Of a stretch of DNA of 64,000 nucleotides, positions 26,901 through 38,900 are shown piece after piece. The stretch is from assembly GCF_902713615.1 (NCBI RefSeq), contig NC_052147.1:262108886-262172885 (forward strand). Reading direction: 5' to 3'. The translations under genes were made by a program, and so were the position numbers. Every line of letters starts with the position of its first letter. The first letter of the stretch is position 1. The notes under the pieces are model-generated. The model was not told the origin of the DNA. It did no database searches and was given only the letters and a program-made list of their open reading frames with translations. Origin of the DNA: Scyliorhinus canicula. Lineage: Eukaryota.

Positions 26901-29900
26901 ATTTGTATGAATGTTTGAAACCTCTGCAATCATGTCACTAGAATGGTGTATTATAAGTTATCAGTTTTCACAAATAAAACTCATGGGATACCATGTGCTG
27001 TTTAAAAAAAGGGAATGTCATCCGCATGCATGCCCCCTCATGCAGATCCAGCAATGCACAGGCCCGGTGCCCAGCGGGCAGACTGCCACTTCGTGATGTC
27101 AGCGTGCTATCCCAGGACCAAATTTCTTTAGAAAAACGGCAAAGTCTTCACACCAGAAGTGCTGAGAGAGAGCAGGTCACGCACTCGGCACACATACTGA
27201 TGTCCCGCGATCTTGCTTTGGCCACAAAATCCTGGTGGAGAGATTCCTCAATTTTGTAGCTGCCAGCAGGCAAGCAAGAGAAGTGTATGAAGAACTAACG
27301 ATGGATCAGATTATAACAAGGAAGAGAAGGGCAGAGACACAAACAGGCCAGGATCTCACAACTGAATCTACTGGAGAGAGTGTTTCTCGGGAGACTCCAT
27401 AGCAGGACAAAGCAGTGCTGGTGTGAGTTCCAGGGCCTCTGATGAACAACCCATTAAAAAGCTGAAATCAGAAAAAAAGTGGTATAAAGATGATTTCTTG
27501 AGGTAAGGTTTTATTAATTGTGCCAATGCAAAACTGGATGCAAAGCCCATGTGCATTATATGCAGGGAAGTACTGCCAAAATATTAAACCCTCAAAACCA
27601 TTTGAAGACTAAGAGTGACAAGTTTGAGGACAAACCTCTTGTTTTTTTTCCAAAGGATGCAGCGAGAACTTAAATCATCAGCTGAAGCCCTTAGCAGAAA
27701 TGTAACGTTGAATGACAAGGCAAGTGAGATCATGTGGACCAAACAGGCTCATTTGTTGCATTAAAAGGTAAGCAAAAAAGTTGGTCGCAAAGTTCAGGCA
27801 GCATGGGTCACGAGGTCGTCTGACGTGGGTCCCGAAGGATGGCCGGTTGGTAAAATTGGTTCCCAGGCAAAAAAATTTGAAAAACACCGAGATAGGCAGC
27901 GAGGGCAACAGTGTATAGAAATCCATGGAGAAAGGCTTTTCATAATGTAGTGAACCCTTGGAACAAGGATGCGTGAAAGAAGTCAAATTCCGTTGGTAGT
28001 TGAATAGTTTGGTTAGATAAACCAATAGGTTACTGCTTTTGGAAGCTGATGCTGTTCTTAGTATCTTTTCTCATTGCCACTGTTGTAGTTTAGCACACGG
28101 GGACTGTCAGACTATGACTCCCAGTGCACAGTCTCAAATGTTGCCTTTGAATTGTTGGGCCAGCAAAAATAGTCAGGCCACAAAAGGATGGGGGCTTAGG
28201 AAGAATGGGGTTCTTGAGAAGTTCCTTTAGTGCTTAATAAATGAGGCCAGCAGTTTAATTATCACTTACATGGACAATTAACATTAGTGTTGGGAAGCTT
28301 GTGGTCAGAAATTTTAAGTTGGGAATGTTCGCACCAGAAAAGAAAGGTAGAGTGGCAACACAGAATTTTAAAAGAATTAGATAGTGGCAAGATATCACAT
28401 CTTTCCCAGAAACCAGGAGAACACAGCTCGTGTTTGAACTAATCCGTAGACCCGATGGGCCCGAATTTTTACTTGAAGCGAGTGGGCTGTGCACGAGTTA
28501 AAATTGCATCCAATATTTCAGTGAGTGGTCAATCTCTGGAGTAGACTCCGCAGAGTGGCAGAGGAAGAAGATGGAATTGTTTCATTGCAAATTTAATTAG
28601 CTAAATTTTAGAAAATAACATTCTGGGACAAATGTATGTGGTAAGTCTAGCATCCTTGGGAGGAAACGCTGACTCTAGTGTGTTTTACCAAGACTCTCCA
28701 CTCCTGGAGATTTTCCTCGGTCGGTACTTAAATGTTTGCAAATCGGGATTGCTGCCGTTCTCTCGTATTGACAGCAGGTTCAGAGTGTCAGAGTGGCTTC
28801 CAGCTCTCAAGAGTGGAACTTACTATCCTTGAGGGGCTGTTGGATTTATTAATTCTTTGGGGTACTTTAAGAAATCAACTAAACACATACTGGAGAATAA
28901 AATGATTCTTAGAAATACTAAGTCTGCAAAAAGTATAATCAACGTTATTAAAAACATGAGTGAACTGTCAAACCCTTAAGGTCAAGTCGGCAGATATTAA
29001 CAATGTTTCGAAGGGTGTTCCATGGAAGCCCTACCTAAAGAAACAATATAAAGACACATTCAGCAAATTGCAACAATCTAGTAACATAGTAGGGCGAGAG
29101 ACTAGTCATGACATGAAGGTTTTGCATGGGAAACTGTATTGTGTCAGGGAAACATTAATTAATCTTGAGTAAGTGATTAATGTCTAATTAACTAATCACC
29201 TGTTGAGTGATTGACACCTTTCTGAACGAATAAGGGGGTGTCAGTTGAAAAAAAAACAAAGAAAAATGAATAAGGGACTAAACTATAGATAAGGATTTCC
29301 TTAAGAATATGATTGTACGAATAATTTTTCAGAAGAATTCTAGCCTTCCGGAATTCTTGAAGCATCTGTTGAAATTACTTTTATTTAAAGTATTTTCTTC
29401 ACCTTTTCCTTACGTTGATGTTTTAAATGACTTTTCGCTGTATCCTGACAGGTTTATGTATTATTTTGATCTAAGTTTTGATTCAGTTCTTATGCAAGTG
29501 TATTAAGTGAATCTTTAGTAATAAAAGTAGGTTTGGACACCTCCATCAACCGGACTGAGTACCTTATTTTTGGAAGAAAAATAAAGTGATCCTACTGGGG
29601 CAGAAGTCTCACTCTGCTGGTTTAGGCTTTAGGCAGCATATTATCACGAGGTGGTAGTCTTTTCTTAAGTCAGTGTTACCATGGGTTAGGGGGAGATGGG
29701 AAGATGGGGGGCCAGTGAGCAATGTGCCCTGTAAAATATACTCTCTATTGTCAATTTGGGGTCTGTTGTAAACTAATTAATTGAGATTCATTGAGGTGAT
29801 TAATCAACAATCCACTGTGATTGTTTCATGTGACTACATGTTAATCGTAAGTAAGTAATTCTACACTAAATTTATGCCCTGCATCTCTCTTTGGCCTTCC

Positions 29901-32900
29901 CCATTTGTATACCGAATAATTGTAAATTGTGCTGTTTTAGGTCCCCATCTCTCTTTTATGTACTTATTTGACAGTTAACGTGAAGGGGAAAATATTTCAC
30001 TTACTTCCTTTCTTGACAAATGTGACCAGGGCTGTTCCAGAAGTACTGTTATAATCAATATTCTCCACTTCCCCACCACCCAAACTAGGCTTTGAAAAAC
30101 TTATTTCCAACTTGTCTCGCATGTGTTCTTCTGGAAGACTGTCTGGAATTTGGAAAACCTTAACCATCTTCCGCGAGATGTCAACATGTACCTGGAAAAG
30201 AGTTAATATAAATTATTTCAAGTTAAACCGCAAAATCAGTGGGGAATAGGTTAGTCGTCATTGCTCTTAATGCACAACAAACTAATGCAAGTGTGTCAGA
30301 AGTAATTGATTTTGTTCATTATATAGGAGCTGGTCTTATACATAGACGATAGTAAGAAGTCTTACAGCACCAGGTTAAAGTCCAACAGGTTTATTTGGAA
30401 TCACCAGCTTTCGGAGCGTAGCTCCTTCATCAGGTGAGTAAAGAGGTAGGTTACACAAACACATATAGACAAATCCAATGATGCAAAGACTCGCATTGAA
30501 AGTATAACCTCGCATCAGGGACACAGTGGTTAGCACAGTTGCTTCACAGCGCCAGGGTCCCAGGTTCAATTCCCGGCTTGGCTGACTGTCTGTGCGGAGT
30601 CTGCATGTTTTCCCCGTGTCTGCGTGGGTTTCCTCCGGCTGCTCCGGTTTCCTCCCACAGTCCAAAGATGTGCAGATTAGATGGATTGGCCATGCTAAAT
30701 TGCCCTTAGCATCCAAAAAGGTTAAGTGGGGTTACTGGGTTTCGGGGATAGGGTGAGATGTGGGCAAAAGTAGGGTGCTCTTTCCAAGGGCCGGTGCAAA
30801 CTCGATGTGCCGAATGGCCTCATTCTGCACTGTAAATTCTACGATTCCAAGGCCCTTAATGGCCAAAATTTCCATTTGAGTACATTCTGCAATAATCTGA
30901 CACTGATTTCATGCATTTACCTCAAACTTCCTTGCTGTATCCAGTTTGACAGGTAGAACCTTCACGTCTATTTTCCCGGGATCCATGTTTATGTGATGTT
31001 TGGGCACTTTTAGAATTGTGTTAGCAACTTCAAGAAAAAGATTTAAAAAAAACAATTAGAGGGAGTTAAATGAGAATGTGTCACTTGGGCATCTGTAAGA
31101 AGTAATCAGGAGATGAGGACTGAGCAAAGAGATATCTGTGGCGGGAAGTAGATTCACAGGCTGAGATTGTTCCGCTCAGCATTCCTGTCCCAGGCTGGAA
31201 GCAAATGTCAGGGAATTGCCGATCTGCACCTTGTGATTTTTTTGCCACTCAAAATCAAAATTGGACATTCATGGCCTGGAGTGAAAAATACCTGATATTC
31301 CAAACCAAAATGCATCAGACATTCCTGTTTCATCAGCCTCCGAGTATGGAACCTGTAGCGCCCAGTAACAGGAGACATACCAGTATGCTTAAAGGCACAT
31401 GTAGGGCCCTTTGGGGAAGAAGAATTGATGGTTGAGTTTCCCTCCTGCAAATAAAGTGCCTTCTCCAGTAACTAACATGCTCTGATGAGATGAGCACTTG
31501 TGGGCAGTAAACAGGCGGGACGTCGCTGTAACTGTTGCAATCATTTCCCACAAACGGTTTTAGGCCTTATGCATATTTATCAATGACAAGAGCTTGAAAG
31601 TGACCAAGGGAAAGGTAAACAAGATACAGAAAGCAAAGCCACGTAAATAATTACAAAGGAATTATAGACACCAAAAATGCCGTTCTAATTGCAATTATAC
31701 TCACAAAACACTTTCACCGCTGACCTAGGGACACACGAGGCCAGTGGAAGTTTTACTCAATTGGGTACCATTTTAGAGTGCCCAACATTAAATGACTAAA
31801 CTAGGCTGCCCGTCCATTGAAGAGGCTAAACAGAATAGTGGAGGATCAGAGGATTTGGTGAATGCAGCCCTCACTCCTATCCCCTGAATGAATGCTACCA
31901 TAGTCCCTCGGTCTCTTTATAGGAGAGGAAGCGTTCCAAGTGTGGTCAGGGTAGCACAGTGGTTAATACTGTTGCTTCACAGCGCCAGGGAACTGTGTTT
32001 GATTCCCGGCTTGGGTCACTGTCTATGCGGACTCTGCACATTCTCCCCATATGTGCGTGGGTTTCCTCCGGGCGCCCTCGTTTCCTCTCAAGTCCCGAAA
32101 GGCATGCTTGATCAGTGAATTGGACATTCTAAATTCTCCTTCAGTATACCCGAACAGGCGCCGGAGTGTGACGACTAGGAGATTTTCACAGTAACTTCAT
32201 TGCAGTGTTAATGTAAGCCTCCTCGTGACACTAATAAAAATGATTATTCTTATTATAGAGTCTCTATTAACTATGCATTGGGTCACTCAGAAGGACTAGA
32301 GGCATCATATCTGACAACGTAGGAAGTTGCTGCCCCAGATCTGCCACTGTCCTTTGAGGATGGCTGTACCTGGAATATGGAATGACTGTGACCCCAATAG
32401 GCAAAAATTACTTCCAATGCAAGGTTGAAACCGGGCAGATCCGGGCCCAGCCCTAGTTCCTAGCCATTTCAGGGGGCGTCCAACAAAGTTACAACAGTGG
32501 GGATGCCAGAGCAGCTTGAAGTTTCACGTGATAAAGTGTGTCAAATATGAATTTGGGGACCCCCAACCAAGAACCATATTCTTCAGACAGGGTGCGTGAT
32601 AGAATCTACCTTTTTAGTATAAATCTACCTTTTTAGTATATGACAAGTGTAAAGGAATAAATGGCCCAAGATTTAAAATGACTTCTTGAAATGGTTTGTT
32701 AAAATACCCACATTTCAAATAGGACAGTAAAAATGCAGAATTTCATGAGAAACATCAAGATAGGGAAGCCAGACAGACCAAGGACACATTTTGCTAATTC
32801 AAAGTTTTGGAGCTATACTCCCAGAAACTGTTTTCATGACAACGGATAAGGCTAGACATATTTCAATTACCTCATATTAAAACTTGATGGACAGACATCT

Positions 32901-35900
32901 TAATCGAATTGAATTAACTGTGTAATAACTTTAACCCAATCACAGTCAGAAAGGGGAAAGACATTAGTGATAGCAATAATCTTAAAAAGTACTGCCGGTT
33001 TGAACAATTCTTTCCGGAATCATCTTTATTTCCTGCCTCCAAGCTATTTTTCTGCACTATCGCTTTGAACAGCCATTTTGTTTATCTTGAACTCTTCTGT
33101 GTCGTGTATTCAATAAGGTGAAAATATCAAGAGCTGTAATTTGTACTGAATTCAACTCAGTACTCTGTATTTGCTTGGACCAAACCAACTTTAAAAAACT
33201 CTGTATCAGCAAGAAAACTGACTTGATAAGAGACATCTGCAAAACTAACTGAATAAAAGATAATTTACTTCACGCATGAAGTTCAGTTCCAAGATCTGTC
33301 GAGTGATATATCAGTGCAGTGACACATAAGATATATTAACCAAAGTACAGACCTATCAGTGTGGAAAAATATATTGTTGCATTCTTCAACAGGAATCTGT
33401 GCTTTTTTAAAAATACCTTGTTTTGTTTTAAATTTTCTTCAAAACAAAAAGGAAAAAGTTGGGAGCTAGAATAAAAGGGGAAATATCGTATTAGAACTGC
33501 GCAAGCTCAAATGTTAATAGCAGCAATTTTTAAAAAACACCAAAGAAACACAGGAAGGTAAGTTGGTCTCTGGAGTTGCAGCAACCTCATTATAAACAGA
33601 TTTGCACTTATCCAACCAAAGTGGAGACCATGTCCTTTCAGAACAAGGGGGACTGCCAGGTTAGCAAACATTGATACTGCAACCGAGGAGTTCCAGAGTC
33701 TTCTGCTTCTATATTAAGGGGAGCATTACCTTGCTCATCTTCGAAAGTGATCATGGCCTGTCCGTTCTGAAGATCCATTGAAAGTTTGGGCAAGATTTGA
33801 TAGCAGCATTCGATCTTCATGAACTCTTCTCCCTCCTGATCGGTGGGCACACTTCTTTCTAGTTTGGTAAACTTAATATTCTTCTTGGGCATTATTGCCT
33901 TAATCTGTGCACAACAAAGACTAGGTTGAAAAGCGAAAATTCTAACTGGTTAGAAGAAAAGCCTAACGTTTTCGAAGCTCAAATTGCTTTGCGTATATTA
34001 AAACCAGGAAGAGAGATATGGGGGTAAAAACTGGACCTTCATTTATGCCAATTTTACAGATGCAAAATGGCCTCCAATGCAGTGTGTCACAATTGGGACC
34101 AAGATCTTGCAACGCAAAAACACCGGATTCTAAATTGGTTCCCGTGATCTTGTTGGTGGCTGCCCAAAATGGGGATTAACCCTCATGCATGTGGCATTGA
34201 GGGCCCTAACACATGTTTTCCGGCTCCTGCAGAGAAACCAAGATGCTTCGAGTGGAGCAGAAGTGAAGCCTGTCCACCCAGGTTTCCCAGATGTGCAAGT
34301 GACGACCAAAAAAAAAAACGATTTGAGACTTTGTTTTATTTACATGAAGCCAGTATGAGCAGGCCTACCAGTGATGTGCAATTAAGTGAGGTAATCGATG
34401 CGAGCAGATGAAGACTGCAAGAATAAAGATGTTTTTTTAAAAATCATTTACGGGATGCGGGCGTTGCTGAAGGTGGTGCTGAGTTGCCTTCTTAAACCGC
34501 TGCAGTCAGGCAGGTGTAGGTACACCCACTATGCTGTTAGGGAGGGAGTTCCAGGATGTTGCCCCAGCAACAGTGAAGGAGCGGCGATATATTTCCACGT
34601 CAGGGTGGTGAGTGATTTGGACAGGAACCTCCAGGTGGTGGAGTGCCCAGGTTTCTGCTACTCTTGTCCATCTGGATGGTAGTGGTTACGGGTTTGGAAG
34701 GTGCGGTCTGAGGAACCTTGGTGAGTTACTGTGACACACGAGGTTCTCTCATGATAAAAACTCCTTTTCCAAAACACGTCAAGAAGAGAATTCTAATCGG
34801 GATAAGTTGGCAGCTTCATTGAAATGAAAAGTAAAGAAATTATGCGAAACTTGTACTGAACCTTGGTCACATCACACCTGGAGTACTGCGTGCAATTCAG
34901 GCCCCCATATTCTAAACATGGGTGATACAAGGGTGATACCAGAAATGTAGGAGTATAGCTATCAGCAGAGGCTGAACAAGCTTAAAAAGGATGGCTAAAG
35001 TGGTGATCTAATCGGTTTTTTTTAATAGATAGGATTTGATAGAATAGATGGAGTGAATTTTTCCAGTGTAAAGTAAAGCAAAAATGGAGGCCATGAATTT
35101 CAGATGGTCATTGAGAAACTAAATAAGGAACTCAGGAAAAAATGCTTTACTCGGAGATTAGCAATATGTAGAACTCAATACCACAGGGAGTGATTGAAGC
35201 GAATAGTATAGATAAGGGGAGGCGACATAACGATACGAGCTGGAAAGGAAATGCAGGTTATGTTGATGGTGTGAGATGAGGCAAGACAGGAGATGGCTAA
35301 AGTGGAGCCCAACTAGAGTGATTAGGCCTGTATATCTTACATAATCCTAGCAGCTAAGGGAACCATAATTCAGACCACAGGCACTGGACATCAACAACTA
35401 CAAGGTGTATTTGGATGTACTTAAAAAGACAGGATTTATTAAAGAGCAAGGGTGTGATTTGCCAGAGGACACAATAGTTACCTTGAATTTAGTCTGCAGT
35501 ACGTTTATGTCATCTTGTTTACGTTGGAGCTCATATTCATATTGAAGCAATTGTTCTTTTAGCTTTGCAGCTTTAGCCTGTTTATCAAAGAGCTTCTCCT
35601 GTTAAGAGGGGAACATGCCTTCAATAATTGTATATGAATCACAAGCAAGTCAAATGACTCAATAAAACAGTAATAGAACAAAGAACAAAGAACAAAGAAA
35701 AATACAGCACAGGAACAGGCCCTTCAGCCTTCCAAGCCTGCGCCGATCATGCTGCCCGTATCAACTAAACTCTTCTACGCTTCCAGGGTCCGTATCCCTC
35801 TATTCCCATCCTATTCATGTATTTGTCAAGATGCCCCTTAAACATCACTATCATCCCTGGTTCCACCACCTCCTCTGGCAGCGAGTTCCAGGCACCCACT

Positions 35901-38900
35901 ACCCTCTGTGTAAAATACTTACTTTGTACATCTCCTCTAAACCTTGCCCCTCGCACCGTAAACCTACGCCCCCTAGTAATTGACCCCTCTCCCCTGGGAA
36001 AAAGTCTGACTATTGTTGCCATCTGGGATGGCCACTTACAAAGGATCCCGGGAAATATGGCTACTTACAAAGGACCATGGGAAATATGGTGATGCACTAT
36101 CAATTACGATGAGACGCGAATAGAATGTGATCAAGGCTTTATTACGCAGAGATGTGTAGCCTCCCGCAGCTGCTACCAAAATGGCTGCAGCTCGGAGAGC
36201 CCACATATTTATATTCCGCCTACTGGGCGGAGCCAGCAGGCAGGGATCTACCCCCGTACCTGTAGTACAGGGGCCTTACTGTAATACACCTTATATACGA
36301 TATATACAATACAACAGTGGTGACTACCACATACGGTCAACCCAGGACTCAGGCGCTCAGAGCTTATGTATATTGGCAACTCAGATAACTAGACGCTATT
36401 GAAACCCCCAGCTACTTTGCATTCTAATGGCCCATTTCCCCAGAACAAAAGACCTGTACTTAGATAACAGATACAGAAACAGACTCATCAGCACCTCTCC
36501 CTTTGCTCAGGGAGTCCAAAAAGCCAAGGTCAATGATCGCTCAGGACATGCTCCGCCATCAAGGCACCCGCCCCTTTATTGGCCAAAATCGAAGGCAGTA
36601 ATCGAAGCCTGCCGAATTGTTGAGTCCAAAGCTAAGGACCGCCCAAAAGAGCGCAAAACCCCAGAAGGATAAAGAGAGACACTGCCATGTATTTGGTCTC
36701 CTCTTGGCCCCGGCGCTCGGTCCCTCTTGGCCCTGACCTATGCCTAAAACCAAGTGCGGCATCACGACCAAAAGCAAGTTCAAGTCCAACCATCGCTACC
36801 GGACGGATGAGCCCAGCAGAAACAAAATTACTTCTCCAGACTCAGCCACGCAAGATCCAAACAAAGCCCTTGTTCCTCTGTATAAAACCGGATGCGTGAA
36901 GTTAAGTACAGGTTGTTGTAGGGTTAGGTGTAATTTAGCTTGTAGTGTTTTATGTTGCATGTCAAAGTAATTCTTATGTGTAAATAAACTATCATTGAAC
37001 TTGAACTAACTAACTGGTTGTTTGGTCTTTGATCGATATCCAGTAAAACTTTGTGATGATATCATTTGATATCTGGCGACTCTTAAAAGCAATGTCATCA
37101 TTAATAACTGTCATATCAGTATCCAGTTAAAAAGAGCAACATTATTGGCGTCTCCGGTGCGAATTGGCAACACTATCCACTCTGCCTATGCCCCTCATAA
37201 TTCTGTAGACCTCTATCAGGTCGCCCCTCAACCTCCTTTGTTCCAATGGGAACAAACCAAGTTTATTCAACCTCTCCTCATAGATAATGCCCCCCCATAC
37301 CAGGCAACATCCTGGTAAATCTCTTCTGCACCCTCCCTAAAGCCTCCACATCCTTCTGGTAGTGTGGTGATCAGAATTGAACACTATACTCCAAGTGTGG
37401 CCTAACTATGGTTCTATACAGCTGCAACATGACTTGCCAATTTTTATACTCAATGCACCAGCCAATGAAGGTAAGCATGCCATATGCCTTCTTGACTACC
37501 TTCTCCACCCGTGTTGCCCCTTTCAGTGACCTGTGGACCTGTACACCAAGATCTCTTTGACTGTCAATACTCTTGAGGGTTCTACCATTCACTTTATATT
37601 CCCTACCTGGATTGGACCTTCCAAAATGCATTGCCTCACATTTGTACGGATTAAACTCCATCTGCCATCTTGCCGCCCAAGTCTCCAAATGATCTAAATC
37701 CTGCTGTTTCCTGACAGTCCTCATCGCTATCCGCAATTCCACCAACCTTTGTGTCATCCGCAAACTAACTAATCCGACCATTTACATCCCCCCCCCCCCC
37801 CCCCCCCCCCCACCTCCCCCTAACACCCGCGCAGGGCACCCCCGGTCCGACTGTCACCGCATGGAAAATGGCAGTCTGGTACCTTGGTAGTGCCCCTGCC
37901 AGCTGATAGTGCCACCTGGGGACCTCCCGCCATTCTGTCTGCTCTCCGTTTGTGGAAACCAGTGCAGAATACCACTTACCTGAGGTCTCTGAGGTGAAGG
38001 GGATAGATCACACACCCCAGGTGCCTTGGCAAACTGCATATTAGAGTGAAACTAGCTCTCTCGCTCTAATATGCAGATTTGTTTAACAGTGATCCCGCCC
38101 AATCGCAATGTCTCGCGAGATTGTGTTAGATCGCGCGATGCATGGCAAGTCGGGTAGATCCTGGGAGTGGAGTCTCCCGGCTTTTATCGCTCATGTTATG
38201 CCACAGCACACTGCTTTTCAGGTGCAGCCTGGTTGTTCGATCGCGCCCATAGTGTCAAGTCGGGATAATGTGTGGCTTGGAATGAAACTTACAGGTGGGG
38301 AGCATTCCCATACATCTGCTACCTTTGTCCTTCTAAGCGGAAGAGTTTGCGGGTGCCACACACTGCTGCCACTGTGCGTCGGCGGTGGAGGATGTGAATG
38401 CTGAAAGTGATGGATTGGTGTGCCCATCAAGTGGGCTGCTCTGTTGATGGTGTTGAGCTTCTTTAGTGTTGTTGGAACTGCACTCAGCCAGGCAAGTGGA
38501 GAGTATTCCAGCACACTCTTTGTATGTAGATGGTGCACTAGATGTACCAACAGAGGCTGGATACCTTCCAATTTTAATCAGCTGAATGCCCGGCACACAT
38601 AGGTCATTACTCGGTTGGAGATCCACTAAATCAACTCTGACTGAGAGATCTACATGGTCAGCTTCTGTTAGCCCAATATAAACTGCACATGCTTGGCCCC
38701 ATCTTACTTGCAAGGTTGTCAGAGCTTTGACGCAGATGATAAGTATCAAAGTTTAGAAATTGCAAAATGTATAAGACAATACTACTGGAGGTTAACCAAA
38801 TAATGGTGCATAGCCTGCCGGCACAGAATATTGAGGAGCTTCACATAGTCAAGACCACCCTTCCTATTAGGGCACGATAGAAATATCTGGAGTGAACATG

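Larger units (their letters stand above)
35675..37787 (-). mobile_element. CR1 LINE 3' part (35675-36013 and 37173-37787) split by a solo LTR
   Basis: [15 protein letters not shown]...[10 protein letters not shown]; [13 protein letters not shown]. Confidence 0.9.

Noticed and set aside
28550-29950. AT-rich intronic stretch with short ORFs
   Set aside because: No recognisable motif, terminal repeats or splice-compatible exon; left unannotated.
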